38,072 nt of DNA, from assembly GCA_035696585.1 (NCBI GenBank), contig DASRQP010000313.1, forward strand, positions 1 to 38,072, given 5' to 3'. Below, piece by piece: positions 17,101-24,978 of the stretch (position 1 is its first letter; each line of letters begins with the position of its first letter). The notes under the pieces are model-generated. The model saw nothing but the letters and a program-made list of their open reading frames with translations, did not search any database and was not told the DNA's origin. This DNA is from Candidatus Acidiferrales bacterium. GTDB lineage: Bacteria; Acidobacteriota; Terriglobia; Acidiferrales; UBA7541. A program made the position numbers and the translations under genes.

Positions 17101-17231
17101 CGGAATTGTTGGTACTGGTAACTCCGAGAGTGGTGAGTTGGAACCCTAAGACCGCTAAACCAATCTACGCAGGACGCGCGCCGGTCGACGTCGGTGGATT
17201 TGTTTCTTTGCCAGGTCGACCGGTGCCGTAG
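14199..17231 (+). CDS. secretin-family outer-membrane protein with a seven-blade FG-GAP beta-propeller inserted in the secretin domain
   Basis: 1010-aa ORF. The likely true start is TTG 14292 (MRLLLTIAFGLCAALGTFGGQ signal peptide). The N-terminal ~100 aa are helical and TPR-like. Secretin N-domains follow (VHLQVTNVDFTTAMRVLGDMTG...; ITMRASPQAISVATKLLAQLEEP). The secretin core starts at VLEVEILEVD...FFVGDRVPIA, then 7 FG-GAP repeats, and resumes at YEDIGLKMKATPHMHADGDVTLELHFELRSL...IPVISNQTIDQTVRVKDEETTALAGII...GTPGVADLGPFGLLG...ELLVLVTPRVV. Confidence 0.8.
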   Translation: MEARLGFRGTDAGNCTSFKPISVRIANRYIHLRLLLTIAFGLCAALGTFGGQVQTPAKSPSGAVQKRNYDSKRSKEAYERGMKAEKQKNWPMAFAAYTEAAQQDATKPEYLLRREFARSELVSASVDRAERDALTGHLAEAREELDAALVLDPSDEMVRERLAQLAPSSAAALRQLMTKPAGVVRLEPLTATHSFDYRGDTISAYEAVARDFGVDASFDVELQSKPVHLQVTNVDFTTAMRVLGDMTGTFWRPLTGRLFFVAADTPEKRRAYDLSVVSTVELPASETPNDMTEVLRIVRDIAGITRAQLNSSARTITMRASPQAISVATKLLAQLEEPRGEMVLEVEILEVDRNAASQIGITPPTSVSAFSLTPQQIQTAQSGIAGLIGVIEQLFGPTSALSGLGANQIASLVGSGQVGVGSLIPPLIAFGGGKTTFLSTLPGAAAAFSDTLNVVKSGKRVLLRAEDDKPVTFFVGDRVPIALAQFSSGLTSSSFIPNVSSSLFPRTDFATGKNPVAIVAADFNADGNVDLANANHDDNTVSIFLGNGDGTFTSKGTLATGLGPVALVTADFNNDSVPDLAVVNQTDDTVSIFLGNGDGTFTLKGTFATGKNPVAAVTADFNGDGHTDLAVVNQSDNTVSVLLGNGDGTFQPQTVISTGQGPSAIATADFNNDGKADLAITNQSANTVSIFLGNGDGTFAGSGTLPTGTLPVAIAAGQFNVNTSTNVGLVVVNQTDNTISNFLGNGDGTFTSNGTSALSVSATTGNKPVAIAAGDFNVDGRTDLAISDENADLVDILIGNGDGTFASLLQLPTGTGPIGLVTGEFLGAAHPPDLAVTDSTANTISVILDNATFSSTNSAAAPIPFPSSQYEDIGLKMKATPHMHADGDVTLELHFELRSLTGDSVNSIPVISNQTIDQTVRVKDEETTALAGIIESQEMRAINGTPGVADLGPFGLLGSKRSTQNDKTELLVLVTPRVVSWNPKTAKPIYAGRAPVDVGGFVSLPGRPVP
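15708..16748 (+). repeat. seven tandem coding FG-GAP/VCBS-like repeats (~50 aa each)
   Basis: Repeat consensus P-V-A-x-x-x-ADFNxDGxxDLAVxNxxxNTVSIFLGNGDGTF. The Ca-binding-like DxNxDGxxD is intact in blades 1-4 and 6 and degenerate in blades 5 (GQFNVNTSTNVGL) and 7 (GEFLGAAHPPDL). Confidence 0.85.
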
Positions 17232-17274
17232 AGACTTCTGGCGCTTCTTCAATTCACGTGGAAATCGCCCTCGT

Positions 17275-18249
17275 CTATGGCGCGGCTTCGAGGACAACGA
17301 TTGGCTGATAGGTGCGCGGAACAACGGCCTGGGCAATGGCGATCAGATGCTCTTGCGAATTAAAAACGCGGAGACGCGCGGGCTTCCAGTCGCCGGAATC
17401 CAGTTCTTCGGGTGCATTCTGCGCGGCGGTTGCGTGACCCGGCTGAATTTGCGCGATGGGAATGTTGAATTTTGCACCGTGACGCACGCGACGTTCAAGG
17501 ACGGGCAAGATGGTGACGCGCGGGAGTTCCGGCAGCAAAGCTTCGAGATGAATGACGCGTTCGGTTAAACGCCCAGCACGGGCGGCTTCGGCCAATTCCT
17601 CGAGCTTGCTGGCGTGATCGAGAGTGAATTCCCCGACCGCAGTACGGCTGATTTCCGAGAGGTGCGCGCCGGAGCCTTCGAGTCTGCCGAGATCATGTGC
17701 CAGCGCACGAATATAGGTACCTGCGCCGCATTCAACGGTGAACTTCGCATGGGCGCCCTCGATTTCAGTCAGGCGAAATTCGTAAACGTCCACTTCAACG
17801 GGCTTCAGCGTGACTGGCTTTTTCTTGCGAGCCAGTTCGTGCGCGGAGCGCCCGTGAATTTTCTTGGCGGAAAATGCTGGCGGCATCTGTTGAATGCGTC
17901 CCAGGAATGTTGCGGCGAATCGCTCGAGAGACTCGCGAACAAGAACAGGGGCGCGATCCGGGCCTTGAGGCTCTCCGTCGGAATCGTAGGTGTCGGTCGC
18001 GTAGCCGAAGCGAACGGTGCAGTTGTAACGCTTGCGGCGGCCTGTATAAAACTGCGCGAGGCGCGTGGCGCGTCCGAGAAGCAGGACAAGGACGCCGGTT
18101 GCCAACGGATCGAGCGTGCCGAGATGGCCGATCTGGCGAAAGCCTACCAAGCGGCGCACGGCTTCGACGACATCATGGGATGTCTTCCCGGATGGCTTGT
18201 CGATGACGAGGGCCCCATCGATGTGCGGCGGCTGAATGTTTCGTGGCAT
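17275..18249 (-). CDS. truB: tRNA pseudouridine(55) synthase
   Basis: 324 aa with GALVIDKPSGKTSHDVV and the catalytic GHLGTLDPLATGVLVLLLG, plus a C-terminal PUA-like extension. It is the last gene of the nusA-infB operon. Confidence 0.92.
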   Translation of the reverse strand: MPRNIQPPHIDGALVIDKPSGKTSHDVVEAVRRLVGFRQIGHLGTLDPLATGVLVLLLGRATRLAQFYTGRRKRYNCTVRFGYATDTYDSDGEPQGPDRAPVLVRESLERFAATFLGRIQQMPPAFSAKKIHGRSAHELARKKKPVTLKPVEVDVYEFRLTEIEGAHAKFTVECGAGTYIRALAHDLGRLEGSGAHLSEISRTAVGEFTLDHASKLEELAEAARAGRLTERVIHLEALLPELPRVTILPVLERRVRHGAKFNIPIAQIQPGHATAAQNAPEELDSGDWKPARLRVFNSQEHLIAIAQAVVPRTYQPIVVLEAAP

Positions 18250-18277
18250 CAGAGGTGAGCGGCGGCTCGCGTGGAGT

Positions 18278-18649
18278 TTACGCTTCTCCCTGAGTTTTGC
18301 TCTTCTTCAGCAGATCGTCGATGCGGTGACCGTACTCTTCGGAGCGATCCGGAACGAAGTCAATATCGGGCGCACGGCGAAGCTGCAAGCGTTCGACGAG
18401 TTCGTGGCGAATAAATCCCGAAGCAGCGGCAAGGCCCCTGAGAGTAGTTTCGCGATCTTCATCGGAGCCAAACACTTCGATGTAGACGCGAATGTGTTTC
18501 AGGCCCGGCGCGACGCGCACTTCGGTGACGTTCATGGCCGTGGCAAGGCGCGGGTCCTTCAACTCACCCGCGAGCATCAGGCTGACTTCGTGGCGAATTT
18601 CTTCCGCAATGCGTTCGGAACGATGGCCGGCGACCGTCATGGTTGGCAA
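18278..18649 (-). CDS. rbfA: ribosome-binding factor A
   Basis: 123 aa with RSERIAEEIRHEVSLMLAGELKDPRL...VTEVRVAPGLKHIRVY...LQLRRAPDIDFVPD, located between infB and truB. Confidence 0.9.
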   Translation of the reverse strand: MPTMTVAGHRSERIAEEIRHEVSLMLAGELKDPRLATAMNVTEVRVAPGLKHIRVYIEVFGSDEDRETTLRGLAAASGFIRHELVERLQLRRAPDIDFVPDRSEEYGHRIDDLLKKSKTQGEA

Positions 18650-18685
18650 CCCTACTTGAATTTGGCGCTCCAGTGAACAACGATT

Positions 18686-18970
18686 TCAAAAATAATCGAT
18701 TTCATGCGAGATCAAATCTCGTCCCAGTACCTGCTCGGAGGCTTCGAGCACGGCGGCCATGGATTGTGAGAGGTGCTGGTCGTCGGCGGAGATTCCCACC
18801 ACGCCGACGACGGAGCGCTGCCACAAATCCTGATGGTCCAGCTCCGCAACAGCTACGTTGAAATGGCCGCGCAGGCGATCCTTCAAACTGCGCAGCACCT
18901 GGCGTTTATCCTTGAGAGAGCGCGCATCCGGAATGTGAATTTCCAGAGTGACGAGGCCGATTGGCATCAT
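18686..18970 (-). CDS. DUF503-domain protein (YlxP-like)
   Basis: 94 aa with IGLVTLEIHIPDARSLKDKRQVLRSLKDRLRGHFNVAVAE. It occupies the conserved position between infB and rbfA. Confidence 0.8.
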   Translation of the reverse strand: MMPIGLVTLEIHIPDARSLKDKRQVLRSLKDRLRGHFNVAVAELDHQDLWQRSVVGVVGISADDQHLSQSMAAVLEASEQVLGRDLISHEIDYF

Positions 18971-19005
18971 TGCCCTCCTGCGTGGAGGAACTTCGGCAGA
19001 TTAAC

Positions 19006-21759
19006 TCAGGCCCCTGCTCCCGGGTGAGCCGTGCGCTCCATCGCGAAGCATTCCAGGATATCGCCAACTTTGACGTCGGCAAAATTCGAAATGCTGATTC
19101 CACATTCGAAGCCGGCGCGGACTTCGTTGACGTCATCCTTGAAGCGGCGGAGTGAACTGATGCGCCCGGTGTAAACCACAACGTTGTCTCGCAGCACGCG
19201 GATTTCCGCGTCGCGCTTGACGATTCCATCCTGAATGTGACACCCGGCGATCATGCCAACGCCCTTGACGCGGAATGTATTCCGCACTTCCGCGCGTCCC
19301 AAATACTGTTCCTTAATGACTGGCGTGAGCAAGCCAGCCATGGCTTTCTTAATTTCATCAACCACTTCGTAGATGATCGTGTGCAAACGAATGTCAACTC
19401 CTTCCTGTTGCGCGAGGTCGGAGGCTTTGCGCTCGGGCCGGACATTGAACGCGATGATGATGGCGCTGGACGCAGACGCTAGAAGAACGTCTGTTTCTGA
19501 AACGGCGCCGACACTGGCGTGGATGATCTTGAGCTTCACTTGATCGTTTGAAAGCTTGGGCAGCATTTCGCTGAGAACTTCGACGGAACCCTGCACGTCG
19601 CCCTTGATGACGATCGGGAGGTCCTTGACCTCACCGGCCTTGAGTTGCTCGTGCAGTTGATCGAGCGTGAGGCGCGAGCTTGCCGATTTTGCCAGCGTAG
19701 CCTCGCGCAATTTGGACTGGCGATACTCGACGATGTGGCGCGCCTTGGCTTCGTCCGCGACGTAAAACTGATCGCCTGCGTCCGGGATACCTTGCAAGCC
19801 GAGGACTTCGACGGGGGTCGAAGGGCCGGCGCTTTTGACAGGCTGACCGCGATCGTCATACAACGCGCGAACTTTGCCGTAAACGGCGCCGCAAATAAAA
19901 ACGTCGCCCACGCTTAAAGTGCCATTCTGGACAAGAACAGTGGCAACAGGTCCCCGGCCCTTATCAACACGCGATTCGAGAACTGTGCCGCTCGCGGAAG
20001 CTGCCGGGTTGGACTTGAGCTCACGAAGATCGCCTACGAGCAAGATCATTTCGAGCAAACGCTCGATGTTCTTTTTCGTCTTGGCGGAGACTTCCACCAT
20101 GACCGTGTCTCCACCCCAATCCTCGGGCATTAAGCCATGATCAGCAAGCTGGCGCTTGACGCGCTCCGGTTGGGCGTCGGGTTTGTCAACCTTATTCAGG
20201 GCGACAATGATGGGCACTTTCGCGGCGCGCGCGTGATCGATGGCCTCCTCGGTTTGCGGCATGACGCCATCATCGGCGCCCACGACGAGAACAACAATGT
20301 CCGTGACTTTTGCGCCGCGAGCGCGCATGCGAGTGAAGGCTTCGTGGCCCGGCGTATCAATAAAAACGATCCGTTTGCCATCGATGTGGACGTCGCTGGC
20401 GCCGATGTGCTGCGTGATACCGCCGGATTCCCCACCAGCGACGTCTGTGGAGCGGATCGCGTCGAGTAGGCTGGTCTTGCCGTGATCAACGTGGCCCATC
20501 ACAGTGACGACAGGAGCACGCGGCGTGAGCCTTTCGGATTTATCGTCCTTACTAACGTCCTCATGCGCCATCTGCTCTTCGAAAGAGACCACTTGAACGA
20601 TCCCGCTGAAGGCTTCGGCGAGGCTTGTAGCCGTCTGAATATCGAGAGCCTGATTGATGCTGGCGAAAACGCCGCGGTCGAGGAGATTCTTCAGCAACTC
20701 CTTCGCGCGAATGTCCAGCTTTTCGGCGAGCTCACGCACGGTGATGCCTTCGGTGATGGTGACTGGGCGCGGCTCGCGAACAACTGGAGGCGCGGCCGGT
20801 TCCGCATGGCCAACTCCGCGCCCTGCGGCAGCGCCAGCGCGCGCGCGGACAGGATGCAGTTTACGTTCACCTTCGGCGAAACGTTTTTCAATTGTCGGTT
20901 TGGCGCGAGCAGGCGGCTTGCGCACGTAAAGAGGCTTGCCCGGCTCCGCTTTAGGGGCCTGACCAGCGGCACTGGTGGGTCTTCCCATCGGTTGGCCGGG
21001 ACGGCCACCGCCGCCGGGACGCTGCGGAGGCCGCATGGGCGCGCCACCGGGGCGTGGAGCACCTTGTGCGCCAGCGGCAGGCCGATATCCCGATTGAGGG
21101 CCGCCTGGGCGGGACGGGGCGCCTGGTCTTGAATATCCGCCGGATGGGCGCTGCCCTTGTCCGGGCACAGAGCCCGGGCGAGAAACGGTTGTCGCAGGGC
21201 TGCCGGCTGCAGCGGGTCTCGTGACGATGGGAGCGCGCTGCGAGGGAGGAACACCGGGTCTCTGAGACGGAACGGATGTTGGCGCACCAGATGATGGCGG
21301 TGCGGTCCGCGGAGCGGCTGCTGGAGGATGTCCGGCAGTCGGTGCGGCAATCGCTGGAACGCCACCAGGACGCGGCACGGCGAGCGGAACTGCTCCGGGA
21401 CGGGCCGGAGCCTTTACGCCTGGAATCGCTGGAGGAACTGCGGCAGGTTTCGCGGAGGCAGGCGCGGCCGACGCGGGTGCCTGGGTGACTGCCGTTGGGA
21501 CCGAAGCGGCAGGGCGCGCGGCTGGTCTGGCCTTGGCGGCCGTGGCTTTGGCCAGCTTCTCAGATTCTGCCGCGGCTTCGGCAGCGGCGAGATCATGGAA
21601 ATGCTTCCGTACACGGTCCGCTTGCTCGTTCTCAAGGGAGCTCGAGTGCGTTTTCTTCTCGGAGATGCCGATGTCCGGCAGGTACTCGATCAAGACTTTC
21701 GCCTTGATCTCCAGCTCCCGAGCGAGCTCGTTGATGCGGATTTGCCCAGATTCTGGCAT
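19006..21759 (-). CDS. infB: translation initiation factor IF-2
   Basis: 917 aa with a conserved N-terminal [13 protein letters not shown] and a long Pro/Ala-rich linker. The G domain has [24 protein letters not shown] and NKVDK, and the C-terminal domains run to ...LECFAMERT. Confidence 0.95.
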   Translation of the reverse strand: MPESGQIRINELARELEIKAKVLIEYLPDIGISEKKTHSSSLENEQADRVRKHFHDLAAAEAAAESEKLAKATAAKARPAARPAASVPTAVTQAPASAAPASAKPAAVPPAIPGVKAPARPGAVPLAVPRPGGVPAIAAPTAGHPPAAAPRTAPPSSGAPTSVPSQRPGVPPSQRAPIVTRPAAAGSPATTVSRPGSVPGQGQRPSGGYSRPGAPSRPGGPQSGYRPAAGAQGAPRPGGAPMRPPQRPGGGGRPGQPMGRPTSAAGQAPKAEPGKPLYVRKPPARAKPTIEKRFAEGERKLHPVRARAGAAAGRGVGHAEPAAPPVVREPRPVTITEGITVRELAEKLDIRAKELLKNLLDRGVFASINQALDIQTATSLAEAFSGIVQVVSFEEQMAHEDVSKDDKSERLTPRAPVVTVMGHVDHGKTSLLDAIRSTDVAGGESGGITQHIGASDVHIDGKRIVFIDTPGHEAFTRMRARGAKVTDIVVLVVGADDGVMPQTEEAIDHARAAKVPIIVALNKVDKPDAQPERVKRQLADHGLMPEDWGGDTVMVEVSAKTKKNIERLLEMILLVGDLRELKSNPAASASGTVLESRVDKGRGPVATVLVQNGTLSVGDVFICGAVYGKVRALYDDRGQPVKSAGPSTPVEVLGLQGIPDAGDQFYVADEAKARHIVEYRQSKLREATLAKSASSRLTLDQLHEQLKAGEVKDLPIVIKGDVQGSVEVLSEMLPKLSNDQVKLKIIHASVGAVSETDVLLASASSAIIIAFNVRPERKASDLAQQEGVDIRLHTIIYEVVDEIKKAMAGLLTPVIKEQYLGRAEVRNTFRVKGVGMIAGCHIQDGIVKRDAEIRVLRDNVVVYTGRISSLRRFKDDVNEVRAGFECGISISNFADVKVGDILECFAMERTAHPGAGA

Positions 21760-21762
21760 CAG

Positions 21763-23355
21763 TTAAGCGTTGTCCTCCGCCTTAAGGGACTTTGAATCGG
21801 TATCAGTTTTGTCGTCGTGTTCGTCAACTGGCTGTTGCTGCTGTTGACCGGACGTTTGTTCGGACGTTCCAGGAATCTCAGCAGCTGGTTCCGTTTCCGC
21901 AGATGCTGGAGCGTTTTCATCCTCCGAAAGGCCTTCGGTTGTTTCCGGTGAGGCGTCGGTCTCGATCTCAACGGCTGCTTCCGTTTCGGTCGCGTTGCCG
22001 GCGGACTCCCCTACTGCCTCTACTGGGGCTGCAATTTCTTCGGTTGCCACAATTTCGGAAGCGGTTTCTTCCGGGACCGCGGTTTGTTGCAAATCGAGCG
22101 CCTGGAAATACTGCTCGACGGAAACGCGAATCTTCTCGACCATTTTTTCGCCGATACCCGGAATTTCCAGCAACTGCTCGGGGGTCATGTCGGCGAGTTT
22201 CTCAATGGAAGTGACGCCGTGGGCCTCGAGCTTTTCGATGGTCTTGGGGCCAACACCCTGCAACTCATTGAGCGATGTGGAGGCGACTGTCATTTCTGAC
22301 ATTTGCGCTTCCACTTCGCGGCGCTTCTCTTCCTCGCTCTTGATATCGATATTCCAGCCGATCAGTTTGCTGGCAAGGCGGACATTCTGGCCTTTCTTGC
22401 CGATGGCCAGAGAAAGCTGGGTGTCCTCGACGATCACTTCGAGGCGCTTCTCTTCCATATCCACGGCTTGGACGCGCGTCACCTTGGCAGGGCTGAGAGC
22501 CTTTTGCGCGAACAGAAGAATATCTTCGTTGTAAGGGATGATATCAATTTTCTCGCCGCGCAATTCGCGGATGATCGATTGCACACGCATACCCTTCATG
22601 CCAACGCATGCGCCAACAGGGTCAACGTCTTTATCGCGGCTCTCGACCGCGATCTTGGTACGCTCGCCTGCTTCGCGAGCGACAGCGCGAATTTGCACGG
22701 TACCGTCATAAATTTCGGGAACTTCCATTTCGAACAGTCGCTGGACGAGCACGGGATCCGCTCGCGAGATCACCACCTGCGGACCTTTGGCGGCGCGCTC
22801 CACAGCACGAATCGCAACGCGAAGTCGATCACCAACGTTATACGTTTCCAGGCGAGACTGTTCGCGCTTAGGCAAACGCGCCTCGGTGCGGCCCAGGTCC
22901 ACAATCACATCAGGACCGTCTAGACGCTTTACGATGCAATTTACAAGCTCGCCGACGCGCGTGTGAAATTCGTTATAGATTGTGTCGCGTTCGGCCTCGC
23001 GAACCTTCTGCAGAATCACCTGCTTCGCAGTCTGCGCTTGGATGCGGCCCAAAACGTCGGTGGCCCGAACCTGTGGAATTTCGCCGCCGACTTCGATGGC
23101 GGGTTGCTGCTTGCGCGCTTCGGAAAGCGCGATTTCGCGAAGCGGATCGGCAACTTCCTCGACGACCGTCCGCACGGCGAAGAGATCCACCTGACCCGTT
23201 TCCGGGTTGAATTTCGAGCGCAGATCCTCGTCGGTTTTATAAAACTTACGAGCCGCGACGACCATCGCTTCCTCAATGGCTGCGACGATGATCTCCGGCT
23301 CGATATGCTTGTCCCGGCTGATCTGTTCGATCGTCTGGTAGAGCAAACTCGCCAT
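21763..23355 (-). CDS. nusA: transcription termination/antitermination factor NusA with a 113-aa acidic tail
   Basis: 530 aa with the NTD (IEQISRDKHIEPEIIVAAIEEAM), S1, two KH domains (ACVGMKGMRVQSIIRELRGEKIDI; LAIGKKGQNVRLASKLIGWNIDI) and an HhH pair (LQGVGPKTIEKLEAHG...IPGIGEKMVEKI). A D/E/T/A-rich tail follows. Confidence 0.95.
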   Translation of the reverse strand: MASLLYQTIEQISRDKHIEPEIIVAAIEEAMVVAARKFYKTDEDLRSKFNPETGQVDLFAVRTVVEEVADPLREIALSEARKQQPAIEVGGEIPQVRATDVLGRIQAQTAKQVILQKVREAERDTIYNEFHTRVGELVNCIVKRLDGPDVIVDLGRTEARLPKREQSRLETYNVGDRLRVAIRAVERAAKGPQVVISRADPVLVQRLFEMEVPEIYDGTVQIRAVAREAGERTKIAVESRDKDVDPVGACVGMKGMRVQSIIRELRGEKIDIIPYNEDILLFAQKALSPAKVTRVQAVDMEEKRLEVIVEDTQLSLAIGKKGQNVRLASKLIGWNIDIKSEEEKRREVEAQMSEMTVASTSLNELQGVGPKTIEKLEAHGVTSIEKLADMTPEQLLEIPGIGEKMVEKIRVSVEQYFQALDLQQTAVPEETASEIVATEEIAAPVEAVGESAGNATETEAAVEIETDASPETTEGLSEDENAPASAETEPAAEIPGTSEQTSGQQQQQPVDEHDDKTDTDSKSLKAEDNA

Positions 23356-23368
23356 TCGCTACATCTCC

Positions 23369-23842
23369 CTAGAATTCGACGACTAAATTCGCTTTGCGAA
23401 CATTCGCCAGCGGGAACGAAATTGTGCGGTCCCGCACCGCTATTTGAACTGCCCCGTCCGCAAATCCCGCCAGGCGGCCCTCCAGGAACTTCGCGTTCTC
23501 GACTGGCTCGTTCAACCAAACCTTTGCCAGGCGCCCCGCGAACCTCTCGTAATCTGAGGGTTTGAGCAACTTCCGGTCTAGACCGGGCGAGCTCACTTCC
23601 AAAACGTAGGCGGGCCCAGGGACCAAATCCTCGACGTCGAGGATTACGTTCAACTGCTCGCTGACGGCTTCGCAATCGCTGTGACTGATGCCCGAGCCGC
23701 CGCCCTGGCCGGGCGAGGGGGGCCGGTCGATGTAAAGCCTTAACAGGCGCTGCTTGCCCACCTGCCATTCGACGTCGACGACTTCGACGCCCACCGAGCG
23801 TGCCACACGCTCTGCTGCTTCGCGGATCTTGTCCAGGTTCAT
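23369..23842 (-). CDS. rimP: ribosome maturation factor RimP
   Basis: I place the start at ATG 23842 (MNLDKIREAAERVARSVGVEVVDVEWQ...LRLYIDRP), which matches typical RimP N-termini. The track ORF extends to 24004 through Arg/Cys-rich sequence and across a terminator hairpin. It lies 13 nt upstream of nusA. Confidence 0.85.
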   Translation of the reverse strand: MNLDKIREAAERVARSVGVEVVDVEWQVGKQRLLRLYIDRPPSPGQGGGSGISHSDCEAVSEQLNVILDVEDLVPGPAYVLEVSSPGLDRKLLKPSDYERFAGRLAKVWLNEPVENAKFLEGRLAGFADGAVQIAVRDRTISFPLANVRKANLVVEF

Positions 23843-23912
23843 CGACACCCGGAAACCCTGGCCGCGGCTTCGAGCGCCCCGAAAATCGCAGCGCCACGTG
23901 ACTTTGGCGGCC

Positions 23913-23939
23913 AACAAAAAAGTGGGCTCGCGCCCACTT
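23913..23939 (-). terminator. intrinsic terminator hairpin (skp terminator and/or rimP-nusA leader attenuator)
   Basis: The minus-strand RNA is AAGUGGGC-GCGA-GCCCACUU followed by UUUUGUU. That is an 8-bp GC-rich stem, a GNRA tetraloop and a U tract. It lies 183 nt after the skp stop and 70 nt before the rimP ATG. Confidence 0.6.
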
Positions 23940-23967
23940 GAACTTTCGCCCAACTTCGAACGACGCC

Positions 23968-23996
23968 AGTATAAACTTAGGTACTGCGAAACGCAA
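23968..23996 (-). promoter_or_regulatory. sigma70-like promoter candidate for rimP-nusA-infB
   Basis: On the minus strand: TTGCGT, 17-nt spacer, TATACT. The predicted TSS near 23960 places the terminator hairpin at about +21 to +47 of the leader. Confidence 0.35.
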
Positions 23997-24121
23997 GCCA
24001 ACACTGGCGTGAGCGTAAAAGCTCCAAATGGGTTCCATAAACGCGAGGATCAAGACTTAATGATCCCCCGCTTTCGAGGAACCCGCCCACCGGGAGCGAA
24101 AAATCCCGTTCCCGCTGCTGG

Positions 24122-24739
24122 TTATTTTTGTGAGGGCTTAGAGGTGCCCGGGCGCGACGCAGCCGGCGCGGCCGACTTAACGGGATATGAGGTATCGTAC
24201 AGCTTAATGATCTGTTGAGTCACGTCGACTTGATTTGCCGAATACAGCACCACCGGAGCGCTTTGAGCCGAGGTGCCATCGTCGAGAATCAGGCCGTATC
24301 CGTTCTGCTTGGCAAACTTGTCCAGTACGGTCATCATCTTCTGGCCAATGCGATTGATAGCCAACTGCTGCGCATCGTTTCCGTCGTCTTGTAAATCCTG
24401 CTGTTGGCGCTGGAACTTTCGCGTGAGTACATTCCCCTGAGCCGCCAAGCGCGCCTTCTCCTCGTCGCTCAGTGTGGTCGCGCCGGCCTGAAGACGTTGC
24501 TGCAGGTCGGCAATCTGTTTGCGAAGGTTCTCCAATTCCGTCTGCCGCGAAGCGAACTGAGCTTGAAGTTGCTTGGAGGCTTCTTTGCCTTCCTCAGTGC
24601 CCGCGATCGCTGCTTGGAGATTGATGACTGCGATTTTTCCAGTTGCGACGGCCGGTGCACTGGATTCGGCCTGCGCCCAAGCGGCCGGGACTATCAAAAG
24701 CATGGCGAGCGCCGCCATACCAGCATTTCGAATCTTCAT
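24122..24739 (-). CDS. skp: OmpH/Skp-family periplasmic chaperone
   Basis: I place the start at ATG 24739 (MKIRNAGMAALAMLLIVPAAWAQ signal peptide), with GAGGAG 7 nt upstream. The body is coiled-coil and Q/E/K-rich (AQFASRQTELENLRKQIADLQQRLQ), which is typical of Skp. The track ORF is 25 aa longer. Confidence 0.85.
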   Translation of the reverse strand: MKIRNAGMAALAMLLIVPAAWAQAESSAPAVATGKIAVINLQAAIAGTEEGKEASKQLQAQFASRQTELENLRKQIADLQQRLQAGATTLSDEEKARLAAQGNVLTRKFQRQQQDLQDDGNDAQQLAINRIGQKMMTVLDKFAKQNGYGLILDDGTSAQSAPVVLYSANQVDVTQQIIKLYDTSYPVKSAAPAASRPGTSKPSQK

Positions 24740-24784
24740 TCTAGCTCCTCGATACGAATCTTTTTGGGAAACTACAAACTCGCG

Positions 24785-24814
24785 ATTATAGCGGCCCGAC
24801 CTTGAACCGGTCAA
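24785..24814 (-). promoter_or_regulatory. sigma70-like promoter for skp
   Basis: On the minus strand: TTGACC, 18-nt spacer, TATAAT. It lies about 45 nt upstream of the skp ATG. Confidence 0.5.
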
Positions 24815-24978
24815 TCGGAATTGGAACTAAGACCGTTTCGCTCGTCGAATCTACTCCGGAACAGCCCGCACCCGAACGTGCTTACTGATACCGATGCGCT
24901 AAACACGGCCGCAGTTGGCCGGGGCATTTCTGATTTCCCCTGCTTCAGACAAACCCTAGCGCTCGCTTGGCTCAGCGA

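Noticed and set aside
14199-17231. Secretin gene as part of a horizontally acquired island, prophage or filamentous-phage remnant
   Set aside because: There is no integrase, transposase, tRNA target, flanking direct repeats or phage assembly genes (pI/pIV partners) in the window. The flanking genes are ordinary chromosomal genes. Compositional deviation cannot be judged reliably by eye.
17232-17274. Bidirectional terminator between the convergent secretin and truB genes
   Set aside because: The 43-nt spacer contains no self-complementary stem of 5 bp or more followed by a T or A tract.
23843-24004. 54-codon N-terminal extension of RimP in the track ORF
   Set aside because: RimP homologues begin close to the MNLDKIRE... 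position. The extension is Arg/Cys/Trp-rich, contains the intrinsic terminator hairpin and would leave no room for a promoter.
23016-24053. 345-aa minus-strand ORF overlapping the nusA 5' end, rimP and the leader
   Set aside because: It is out of frame with two well-supported genes (NusA NTD and RimP). The sequence is Arg/Ser/Pro-rich junk and it spans a terminator hairpin.
23940-24121. Possible tRNA (E. coli has metY upstream of rimP) or other RNA gene between skp and rimP
   Set aside because: I found no cloverleaf. The only TTCGAA-containing stretch (GCGTCGTTCGAAGTTGG) has no complementary T-arm stem, and there is no acceptor-stem pairing.
24740-24814. 25-codon N-terminal extension of Skp in the track ORF
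   Set aside because: ATG 24739 has a GAGGAG SD and gives a canonical signal peptide. The extension would also overlap the TTGACC-18-TATAAT promoter.
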